From positions 868,001 through 932,000 of the forward strand of contig AP026127.1 of NCBI GenBank assembly GCA_030295235.1: 64,000 nucleotides of DNA. The letters are read 5' to 3'. The notes beneath the pieces were generated by a model. That model saw nothing but the letters and a program-made list of their open reading frames with translations, was not told the DNA's origin and searched no databases. The DNA is from Fistulifera solaris (lineage: Eukaryota). Of the stretch, positions 1 through 10,413 are shown in pieces. Position 1 is the stretch's first letter, and each line of letters opens with the position of its first letter. The position numbers and the translations under genes are program-made.

Positions 1-476
1 TGTGTAAGATGGTTCCTCAGCAAGTCGATTCTTCGCTATTTCATGTCTTTGATAAGGACGGCGCGGACATTGCGGTGACGGTGTGTATACTGGTGGGCTT
101 GGTGGTTCTAATCAACGTGCTGGGATACCGGTTTTGGAATCGGGTCTATTGGTTGCGGTTTGATGGCGTTCTAGCCGTCATGTTGGGCTACTATAGAGGA
201 ATTCTGGGAGGTCGACCACCGGACTATTCCCTGCGGTGGCTACAGACATTGTTGCGCACTACGGCAATACCATCCTCTGTTTCCGTCCATGCCGTGACAT
301 GGACATTCGTCCTCGTTCAAGGCTTAGACTCGTTTCCCAAATCGATCTTTACCATTATTGCCAACATTGCGGGCGCCTCTTTGGGGCAGTATCAATATAA
401 GTATATCGGACAAAATGGCGCCTTTCAGAAAGTGATGGACGATTTCCTGAAGCTATTTGGTGCATCGAACCGGTGA
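1..476 (+). CDS. 3' part of a hypothetical membrane protein (gene probably starts before the window)
   Basis: Open frame from the window edge to TGA at 476 with several hydrophobic segments; no family recognised. Confidence 0.45.
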   Translation, partial: CKMVPQQVDSSLFHVFDKDGADIAVTVCILVGLVVLINVLGYRFWNRVYWLRFDGVLAVMLGYYRGILGGRPPDYSLRWLQTLLRTTAIPSSVSVHAVTWTFVLVQGLDSFPKSIFTIIANIAGASLGQYQYKYIGQNGAFQKVMDDFLKLFGASNR

Positions 477-1469
477 AGGGGAAAAGGTAGGTTTGCTGTG
501 TTGCTTGTAAATGCACGCCCAGCTAGAGCCCGCCAGTTCCCTATTTTCCAGGAGCTTTTGTGGGTATATGAAATGCGGGCAAGAGAGAAGGGGTGTCCTA
601 TTTTTCGCTTGGTCTATAGAAATGCGATTTCCATGATAGATTGAGTAGCCAATGGGCACGACATTTAGTTTCATAAAGCTAACTCACCTTCGCTTTGTTG
701 CCGGTTCAGGTAAATGGTAAGAGACAGACTGTGATGTGGTGTTGGAATATAAGCATGTGCGAAAAGGATGCAGGGCAGAAGATGAACCCTGGATCTGTTA
801 CAACAATGCGAGATCGAAAGACGTACACACCGAATGCTTGAGAGATGCTGGCGTCGCGGAGTGACTTGGATGGGAGATTCTACAAACAGAAGATACTAGC
901 GCCTTCTTGGTCAGTTTGACTGGGAATGGGTACGGCTCTCGGGAGCCGAGATCGAAGCCACATCTCTCATCGATGTCACTTTGTGTGCGCTAGCATTCCA
1001 GCCTCTCTTGACTTCATCGTGTCGTCGTTTCATGGCCTGTTCAGTATCATTCTGAATAGTGAATGCTGCACATCCAGACCATGGAACAGTTTGTTGCCGC
1101 TTGTTCGATCAACGGTCGATTTATCCTTATACTGACATGCCGCGTATCCTCCTTAAGGTCTTCCCTTCAATCATTGCAATGTGCCTCCCATGCGTGTAGC
1201 ACTCTCTTGCGAATGAACAGTAAAATAAAAATAACGTAGACTGGATACATTTAGCCCAGTCACGAGGCGACGATGATGTCACTGTTGTCGCACCGACTGA
1301 ACACGTCACACGAACGGATCTTCGGCGAGCACAATCGCGAACAAGAACGATGATGATCGGCCGCTTCTTTTCGGATGACCCATTGCGCGGTAACACATTC
1401 CGAATGTTTAACCATTTTAGTTGATTGATTGTTAACAAACCAAAAGATACGTTAGCTTTACAAATAAAA

Positions 1470-3188
1470 ATGAAGGCACTCACTAGCGCAATCGCACTCT
1501 CGTGGGGATTGCTGGCAACGAGCGTTCTGTCGGCCCCATTGGAAGATCTCGTCGAGACTCTACCGCTCTTCGGCCGTCCTCCTACAACCATGTTTTCCGG
1601 TTATCTGGATGCATCCGAGGGCTGTGACCTCGAAGCAAACGGCCCCGTTTGTAAAATACATTACTGGCTTGCCATGGCCGAGACAGAAGACCCCACTAAC
1701 GCGCCCGTCGTTCTCTGGCTCAACGGCGGCCCCGGTTCGACGTCCATCATTGGCTTTTTGCAAGAGAATGGACCTCTGCTTATGAATGCGACCGGAGGAC
1801 TCATGGAGAATCCGTGGAGTTGGACGAAATTGGCCAATTTCCTCGTAATAGAGGCCCCCATCGGGGTCGGATACTCGTATTGCTCACGACAGATGGAAGG
1901 CCAACCCTGTCAAAACACGGACAAGTTCACGGCTTCCGCATCGCGTGCCGCTCTCGTGGATTTCTTTACGCACAAATTTCCGGAATTGGCCGACAACGAC
2001 TTTTTCATCACGGGAGAATCGTATGCGGGTGTTTACATTCCCACTTTGACGAAAGAAATCTTGGATCACGCTCCCGAGATCAACATGGTCGGCATCGCCG
2101 TTGGTGATCCTTGCACAGATAATACAGCTCAAGCCGACTCGATGGATTCGTTATGGTATGGACACAAATACGGATTGGTGGATGATGCTACGTTTGACAA
2201 GTTATGGAATCAATGCGATTTACGCTTCCCTACGGTGATGGCGCAAGGTGGCGCTCATGCTGCGGCCGCGTTCTGGAACCAGCACCTACTCAAACTGCCT
2301 CTTGATCGTCGCCATAAAGCCATTCAAGAGCGTTTCCTCAAGACAGGTCATGAAAATCCTGAGTGTCTCATGGCGTATCGCAAATACATGATCTCGAGTA
2401 GTCACGGTCTTTCACAGGGATGGAGGAACTTGTACATTGATGACTACAGTCTCTTTGCTCCAGTGACTAACCAAGAAGACGAAGATATGCAGGCCTACAT
2501 GAGACGTCGTGATGTGCGTAAAGCGTTGCATGTAGAGGAAGCTCCCACGACAGAATGGCCAGAATCTGGTGTCGGCTTTGATTACACAAAGGAATACGAT
2601 GCGTGCAATTGGGATGGTGATGCCATTGTCGGCCCGAGTATGATCGAATTTTATCGGAACATTGCTCCGCGTCTTCAAACCACATTGGTGTACAATGGTG
2701 ATACAGATCCGTGTGTTTCGTACGAAGGCACACGGACCGCCATTCTCCGCGTGGGCTTTGCCGAACTCGACGGAGGCAGTTACCGTCCCTGGTTCTACAA
2801 TCAGAGTGCGACAACTCTGCAAGTACTCGCCGAAAAGGCCCCATTGTTTGGTCCTGACCTCATGGCTCAGTCGGTGGGAGCCCAATTCGGAGGAGAAGTA
2901 GTCAACTACGAACACGGTCTCTCCTTTCTGACGGTACACGGCTCGGGTCACATGGTGCCCCAGTTCCGTCCACAGGCGGCCTTGCACATGCTGCAAAAGC
3001 TCTTGACGGGAGACGATTTGGCGCCGCTGATGCCTACGAATGCCACTCTGCAACAAATGAGTGCCGCCGAATTCTCGGAATCAATGAATGCGTGGACCGA
3101 GTTGGCCATGTCGGCTCCGTATATTTACGATTCTTCAGCTCTGTATCGTCCGGTTCGGAGTCAAGAGGCTATGGTGCAAGTACAGTAA
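1470..3188 (+). CDS. Serine carboxypeptidase, family S10, secreted
   Basis: Signal peptide MKALTSAIALSWGLLATSVLSA; motifs WLNGGPGSTS, GESYAGVYIP (catalytic Ser), NGDTDPCV (Asp), GSGHMVP (His). Confidence 0.93.
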   Translation: MKALTSAIALSWGLLATSVLSAPLEDLVETLPLFGRPPTTMFSGYLDASEGCDLEANGPVCKIHYWLAMAETEDPTNAPVVLWLNGGPGSTSIIGFLQENGPLLMNATGGLMENPWSWTKLANFLVIEAPIGVGYSYCSRQMEGQPCQNTDKFTASASRAALVDFFTHKFPELADNDFFITGESYAGVYIPTLTKEILDHAPEINMVGIAVGDPCTDNTAQADSMDSLWYGHKYGLVDDATFDKLWNQCDLRFPTVMAQGGAHAAAAFWNQHLLKLPLDRRHKAIQERFLKTGHENPECLMAYRKYMISSSHGLSQGWRNLYIDDYSLFAPVTNQEDEDMQAYMRRRDVRKALHVEEAPTTEWPESGVGFDYTKEYDACNWDGDAIVGPSMIEFYRNIAPRLQTTLVYNGDTDPCVSYEGTRTAILRVGFAELDGGSYRPWFYNQSATTLQVLAEKAPLFGPDLMAQSVGAQFGGEVVNYEHGLSFLTVHGSGHMVPQFRPQAALHMLQKLLTGDDLAPLMPTNATLQQMSAAEFSESMNAWTELAMSAPYIYDSSALYRPVRSQEAMVQVQ

Positions 3189-3287
3189 CGAAATAAGATT
3201 TATTAACGGTCACCGCAAGCGTAGGTTTCTGTAAAGAATTTGCTGCGGAAAAGCTTCGTTTCTATAGGTTACTATGAACAGTTGTGT

Positions 3288-3572
3288 TTACTTGGCGAGA
3301 AGGAAAAACAGAGGAAGAAGGAGAGCAATGGCAATAGAACCCAAGTAAGCCGCATTCCGGAATACCGCCGGATTCAATTTTTCTTCTTTCAAGTCCTCCT
3401 CCTTGACTTTCACTTTGAGATGAAGCATCGTAGTCGAAGAAAAAGGCGACGAACTTGTTTTCGTCATGGGTGACGACGAGGTCGAAAGAGCAGCATATTT
3501 GGGCGCAACGACGAATGCTTGAGCGTTCGAAGCAATCAAAGCGAGAAGCACTAAAGCGAGGAAACGATTCAT
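3288..3572 (-). CDS. Small plastid-targeted single-TM protein
   Basis: Signal peptide ending NAQA-FVV (ASAFAP-type cleavage), Ser/Thr-rich transit peptide, short charged stretch and a C-terminal hydrophobic helix. Confidence 0.7.
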   Translation of the reverse strand: MNRFLALVLLALIASNAQAFVVAPKYAALSTSSSPMTKTSSSPFSSTTMLHLKVKVKEEDLKEEKLNPAVFRNAAYLGSIAIALLLPLFFLLAK

Positions 3573-4468
3573 GATAGACTGAGGTTGACGATTGCTAATT
3601 ATCAACAAGAATGGAGAAGGATAGAAATGGGGCGCTTGTGTCTTTTTCGGAGGGAATTTGTGCGGTGCGAAAAAGGGTGAGTCAGTTCCGTTCGGATCAC
3701 GTCATCTTTTATTATACTCCGTTAATAAATTTAGACAGACCGCTAAGACGAAAGACCAGAATTTACTTAATCTATCTGGTACCGGTATCAGATATGGTAA
3801 GTGATACAATACTTGTACTGTACTCCGTGAAGATTTTGAGTAGTGACTGTTGCATTTTAGTCATGAGTCGTCCTCATGAGTAGAGGTCGTTTCAGCCGAG
3901 TTGCAACCAACGCATTGTTTGTTCTTCATAGTAGGAAAACAAAACTTGCGTTTAATTCAAAGATTTATCCCTAAGCAATATTTGCACTGCATGTCTTCAC
4001 GATTTATGTGAATTCCTGTGCGATCGTTGTCGTCGGGTTTACTATAGGCCTGAGTGTTGGTTTAGGCAAAGCACGACTGCATTATTTCAGTCATGACACC
4101 GCTTACGTCGACTATAGCTTCAATGTGTTGTCCGTTTTTTATACGACTGCATTTCAGTCATGAGTCACATTTCGAATGTGACTTCAGACTCCTTACCTAT
4201 CATAACGTTTTGAACGATCAATAGTAATCCATGATACGATTATCTTTTCGTACCAATTAAATTGCCGCTTGGTTTTTTACGGCGAAAAGCGGTGCGGGTT
4301 GTGCTCATCCACAGTTACTACATAGACCCAAATCGCATGACACGGACGACTGACAGTACCTTTTGGGTCGAAAACAACAGCGCAACACGGTGACGATGAT
4401 GCTCTAGCCATAAGTTGCTATCATGCGTTGTACTTGATTTCTCTGTTGCTCCTTATTCTATTGAAAAA

Positions 4469-6735
4469 ATGAACGACTCGAGCAATCTTTTGTTGTCAAG
4501 TTTGTCCGAAAATGCAATCAGCCATTCCGGAAATGCCCGGCAAGTGAGCGATGGAGACGATGGTCAAGAACAGCTGTCGCACGATCTTTCCATGTTTTTG
4601 GCCAATCCTTCGTTGCGTGCTGCTCTTGCGGATGGATCTCTTGATTTAACGAGTTATTCGGATCAAGTAGAAAAGGAGATGCACGAATTAGAAACCAAGT
4701 GCATTGAAGCGTATCGTAGTAAAGCCGACGAAATTTCATCGATGCGCGCCGATCTGGACACTTGTCAATCCGTTCTGAGCCAACTTCAAGAAATGTTATT
4801 AGGTTTCAAAGCAGATTTGGGTGGGTTATCTGGTGAAATTCGACAATTACAAGAAAAGAGCAGAACGTTGGATGTGCAGCTCAAAAATAGAAAGTTAGCG
4901 GAACACGGGTTGCGAGAGTTTTTAGAACACATTGTCATTGCCCCGTCCGTGGCTCACACGATTACCACAGGACGGGTGAACCCTACATTCGTTCAGTGCG
5001 TACAAGAACTCAATCAGATCTACCGTGATACGCACAACAACTCAAAACCTCAGCCGTGGTCCGCGAATCGCGCCCCGGGTGAGACCACCGCCGGTAAAGA
5101 AATGCAAGAACAAGTTCGCACGTTGCGTTTGTTGGCGGCGGCCCGCACACGAGAGTATTTTCTGGAACAAATGGCGCTGTTGCGTCGTCCTCAGACTAAC
5201 GTCCGTATGATTCAAGTGCACGGTTTGGTGAAATATGCCGCACTGCAGGATTTTCTGGAAGAAGCCAGTCCCCCGTTCGCCACGGAAGTGTTCAATGTGT
5301 ACGTCGAGTCGATGAGCAAAACGTTGCAGCAGCTATTTCGAACGTATCAAGCACAACTTCTCCAGCTCGATTCTACCAAAACTTCAGCGACTCGTCAAGA
5401 CGTCATTGCGATTGACGATCAACTCTTGAGAGACTCTCTTACAACGCGCGCCAAGAAACGAGTCGATGTCTTTTGTTTGGGAAAACGAGCGTCGGACTGC
5501 CTGGGCGATATGGACTCTCATCAACCCATCTTGGCGCATGTAGCACTCGCGGAGAATATCAAATATCCTTATGAGCGCTTGTTCCGCTCCTTGTTGGGTC
5601 ATCTCGTGGATGCTGTGACAAACGAACATGTTTTTTGTCGTCAGTTTTTCAAGCGCGACGCCTTTCAACTTCTGTTTAACGGAACATTCTCGCTTTTACT
5701 GGAACAATTGGAGAACTATTTGTTTGGATGTCATGATGCATTGTGCTTGCTTTTGATGATCAAGGTCACGCATTCCTACAAACGACTGGCGAGAAGCCGC
5801 ACCATTCATTCGCTCGATTCGTTCTTTGATCAGTGCACCAAATTGCTCTGGCCTCGTCTCAAAATCATCATGGAGGCGAATTTGAGAAGTTTGAAACAAG
5901 CGACCGCGGCAAAGCTTGGCGGTGTTGAATTGCATGCCCACTACATGTCTCGACGATTCGCCGAGTTTACCTGCAGCATTCTTCTTATTTTGCAGAATAC
6001 CAAGCAAGCACCGCGCCCTGGCTCTGGAAGCGGCACGACGGACGTTTTAACTCCTAGTAAAGCAATGAGGTCGACATCTTCCGTCTCGGGAAGCTCTTTT
6101 ACACCTGGCGCTACCGATGAGTTGGCCTCGATGAGTGCTGGTGAGAAACTATTGGAAGACTTGTCGGAAATGATTGATGAGTTTATCGCTTTGTTGGATC
6201 GTCTATCCGACGAACACGCATCGCAAACGAAGAAAACGGTTTTTGTCATCAATAACCTGGATCAAGTCGTATCCGTATTCCAGGAGCGTCGCGTTGTAGG
6301 AAAAGAATTTAACAAATTCGTTGAGCATCTCATGACCCAACGAGAAAACTTCGTCGATACTGAGCTTCTCGCAACGGGATTTTCCAACATGATAGCATTT
6401 GTTCAGCAGACAGAGGCTGATTTTGCGAGTAAGAGTGGCACAGGCGTAGAATGTGAGGTAAATGCGCAGGAAGTAGAGGCGCTTGTGTTGAGTTTTGCTT
6501 CTAGCTGGAAGAGCAACATAGAACTTATTAATCGGGACGTGCTATCCTACTTTTCTAACTTCCGCAATGGCATGGAGATTCTGAAACAAGTGTTGACCCA
6601 GCTCCTTCTGTACTATACTCGGTTTCAAGATTTGATTCGCAAAGTTTGGAAAAATAAACTTCCTCCTTTTGCAAGGATTTGGTAGCAACGTCTGTGATCT
6701 TGGCGGAAATCAAGAAGTATGCGCTTGCTATTTGA
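4469..6735 (+). CDS. VPS52: Vacuolar protein sorting 52 (GARP/EARP subunit); apparent 1-nt frameshift near 6667-6670
   Basis: N-terminal coiled coil (LLGFKADLGGLSGEIRQLQEKS), HYMSRRFAEF, FVINNLDQV, FSNFRNGMEILKQVLTQLLLYYTRF. Adding one T to the TTTT run restores the C-terminus CKDLVATSVILAEIKKYALAI*. Confidence 0.9.
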
Positions 6736-7132
6736 TACGATGGTAGACTGTTTCCATACATGATATTTCCGTAAGAGTGTAGCTTTTTGAAAACCTACAT
6801 TGCTAGTCGATGCCAATCTAATGATATCACTAATAGGGCCAGGCGCATCTCCATCACAATCATTCTTCCAGGTGGGAGTAGTAAGCCTCGTTTCTTGTGC
6901 TGCATGTACGTTCTCTCTTTAGCACGCTATGATGATTCGATCCGTCGTCAGTTTCTTTCGTAGTCAATGGGAGAGAACCAGAACTTTTGCAATCGGATCT
7001 TTGGCAACCACGAATGTCAGCCATCTCGCTTACGTAGGGATCAATTCCATTGATAGAGCAGATATATTTTTGCAACACTAAGATACCTCAGTTGCGCACA
7101 TAACATCAAGAGTTGCAGAATATACGAGTAAC

Positions 7133-7785
7133 TTATAAGCAGGGTCTAGAAGGCGGCGGTGACGCATTGAGCGAATCCAAATGATCCACAAACAAAGCGT
7201 AAACTTCATTGAACTGATCCGCGACATCCGCATCTTTGATAATCATTGGTAATTCGCTTTCGACCTCATACCCGCTCGGTAACCAGGCAGTCGGCGAAAC
7301 GTTTCCGACCTTGAAAGGAGCATCATCTTCCTTATCAAAAGGACCCCTCGATGTGATAAATGCAAGGCAGCCCATTTACGACCGCCCGACAACCACACAG
7401 GTGTTTCCGAAGTGCACAGCACATGTAAATAAAGCTCAATCGCTCAACGCGGCCCGACAGAAGTCCGCCGTTTGGGAAGTCGAGAGACTAGATACCCGTA
7501 CGGAAACATACTTTTTAATCATTCATCGCTTTCGAAGGTCGATTTTCTGCTGGTCCTAAACAACAATATCTCGAAATCCAGCTTTGATAATCTTGAGACA
7601 GATCAGCCCGAAACGGTATGCTCCCACCCCGCCAAATAAGAAGGTCCATCCTCGAACCGTACTTTACGTGATGACCTTTGCTTCACCACCCCGAAGTGTA
7701 GCAGTAAATTTGGAGACACCGACGAGGCATTGCGCATGTAGTACGTAGTACCATCTGCGCACGAAGGGTGTAGAAGATATTCCAT
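7133..7785 (-). pseudogene. Decayed coding remnant of unknown family
   Basis: One frame reads protein-like for ~160 codons (YRFGLICLKIIKAGFRDIVV*...GPFDKEDDAPFKVGN...) but has four in-frame stops (TAG, TGA, TGA, TAA). Confidence 0.3.
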
Positions 7786-7896
7786 GCAACAAGTAATTGA
7801 GTTTTTTTTTACCGGCGACGAGGAGCCTTGCTTAGAAGTGCTTTATTATTTATAGAAAAGTGTTGCGGCCATGGTCGTGTGCTTTGATCTGTGCAG

Positions 7897-8090
7897 GTGA
7901 AAATACAACGCTCCCACATTTTCTGGACGGGAGAAAGCACACGCCCACATTTTCTGGACACGTCAAAAAGTACCCCCACAATTTCTGGAGACGTGAGAAA
8001 GCACACCCCCACATTTTCTGGACACGTGAAAAAGCACAGGCCCACATTTTTTGGACACGTAAAAAAAGCACTCGCCCACATTTTCTGGAC
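7897..8090 (+). repeat. Tandem array of six 31-34 bp units (CCCACATTTTCTGGACACGTGAAAAAGCACACG-like)
   Basis: Unit starts at about 7913, 7944, 7975, 8008, 8041 and 8075; related to the arrays at 18.5 and 35.9 kb. Confidence 0.92.
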
Positions 8091-8397
8091 TGCACAATGC
8101 ACACCGTTTCTATACGGCGCCGCGTTCGACTTTTTCTTGGTGCGTTTCGCGTTTCATAGTCTAGTTTATTATTGCTGCTTCAGCGCATTTAAGAATCGCA
8201 AGGATACTAACTTCATACTGCGAAGAAAGAAAGGAAGAGGCGTAGAAGCGGAGGAGTGAAGGTACTTGTTGATGCTATCGTGAGCGCCGCCCGCTGTAAG
8301 GGCTCATTTTGAGATAGTGGAGTGGCCTTGAGGATCACTCCTTATCCTGGTTTCTGCTCCTTTGCATGTTGGGCACCGAAAGACTTCACAGGACAAG

Positions 8398-9889
8398 ATG
8401 ACTGAGACCCCAAGCAGAAAACGACAAAAAGTAGTTTCCGCGTCGGAAGATCAGAGTGTTTTTGCGAAACTTATCGAGTGGATGAGATCCAGAGACAGCG
8501 AAATTTGTGATGCGCTACGCTTTAACGAAACGACAAGAGATCTATACGTTGATTCATTCATCAAAGAAGGCTTTACTCTGATGAGACTTTCCAAACAAGT
8601 TATCATTAGCCGTCATTATTTGATTCCAAATTGTTTTATAGAAATCGCGCAACAAGCAAGTAAGGAAAGTACGGCTTCGCAGCAGCGAGCGGAACACGAA
8701 GAGGACATTGCTCTGGCACTTTATTTAGCCAACAGAGAGGATGCAATAAAACCTTATCTTGATATATTACCGTCATGCATGGACCAGAATCTCCCGGTCA
8801 CATGGACTCCGGAAGAACGAGCGCTGCGTCTTCGTGGATCGCCCGTCTTGAAGGAAATCGAAATTCGCGTGCGAAAAGACTTTGAAGACTACAACAACAT
8901 TGCCGACTTTCTGGCTTGTAACCAACACCTTTTAAAGTGCCCTAGCAAAGAGGTTTTCAGTAATGCCTTGGCGTGGGTCCGGAGCCGTGCTTTCGGTATG
9001 GATGGCGAGCTTCGGACTGACTCTGGTGACGCTGTACCGGCAATGATGCCTCTTCTGGATTTGTGCAACCATGCCCGAGGAAGTACTGTTTCAAAAAATG
9101 TTTCATACAGCTATGAGGGAGGGGTGTGTCGTTGTGAAAGCAGTTAGAGACATTTCCCCAGGTGAAATACTGCGGATTACGTACGGAGCCCTTCCAAATT
9201 CTCTGCTGTTAATGAACTACGGGTTTTGTCTGGAAGAAAACTATGAGCCAGATGGATCGTCGAATGACATATTGGCGTTTGAACCGATTGCTGGAGGAGC
9301 ACTGGTTATCGATTTGCGGACTGGTCCGAAGAGTTACACATACTCGAAGCTGGTGCAGGCTGTAGAATGTTATATTGCTGGTGATGAAGAAGATCATAGC
9401 GAAAACGCGATTGGAGAGGATAGCGAGTCCAATTCATATCACCTTCTTGAAGACGATGAGAAGGATATTGATGGAGCTATGCTTTATTCAGCCTGTGGTG
9501 ACGATGAACGTTGTTCATCTCCCTGCGACAATGACCTCTCTTTGGAATGCGAAGCATTGAAAAATCTCGAAACTAGATTGCTGTCCCTTTTACGTAATTA
9601 CAAGCTTGAGAAAGTTGAACGGGTTACTGCTTTTGATTCTCAGTTGGCCGAAAATACTCAGAATAGATTTTCATCTATATTGACACGATCAGAAATGCGA
9701 ACCATCAGCTTCTTTCTTCAGGCTGCACGGCGTATTATATCAATGCTTGGGTTCAAAGCAGACGATTTGCATTACAATTCTTACGGGTTGAGTAGCAACC
9801 TAGACTGCCCAAACCTCAATAAGCAAATGGAGGAGCTGGTTGATGTTTACATGCGTATCCGGCATCCGGATATAATTTTGCTGCGATAA
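8398..9889 (+). CDS. SET-domain protein lysine methyltransferase (Rubisco-LSMT/SETD3-like class); frameshift near 9121
   Basis: WVRSRAF, MMPLLDLCNH, and in the shifted frame VKAVRDISPGEILRITYGALPNSLLLMNYGF; the break falls in a G run. Confidence 0.85.
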
Positions 9890-10413
9890 CGGTGCCCTTC
9901 GAGGTAATACGCATTGATGTGTATCGACGAAGCCAATGTTGATTTCAAAAACACTACGACAATGATAGCCAGCTCATCTATTCGCTATCCCGTGTTACGT
10001 AAGCCTTTTCACTTCGCAGTCAATCGTTGAAATCTGTGTACAGTTGTGGCTGGACGCCAAATTTCTGACTGGTGAACGATGTGCTGACTTGGGGTAAGGT
10101 GGTTGAAAATGGTTTGGCATCGAGGCATGTAGCGTACGCATAGGCTGCAATAACACCAAGAAGGCCCGTGACTTCTACTACGCTAGAGCCAATAGGCTAC
10201 GAAACCGATGTTGGTTCATGTTGTACGCCATTGTTTTGGCAATGACGAGTGAGCTCTTGTCGTATTTGCCGGTGAAATAAATGAGCAACTAATATGGAAG
10301 ACTGGACGAACACTCATTCTCTGCTTTCGTTGGCACAGAAACAAGGTAAAGTAAAGAACCTATTCACAAGTCGCATACACCGTTCTATTAGAACCATTAG
10401 TAGATCCGATCAT

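Noticed and set aside
6661..6735. Programmed ribosomal frameshifting or true truncation of VPS52 and other genes
   Set aside because: Breaks sit in assorted homopolymers with no shared slippery motif and affect conserved housekeeping genes; sequencing error is more parsimonious.
7809..8259. Overlapping ORFs across the repeat arrays (also 18431-18762 and 35760-36277)
   Set aside because: They arise from stop-poor tandem repeats; the 68-bp period is not a multiple of 3 and the peptides cycle through frames.
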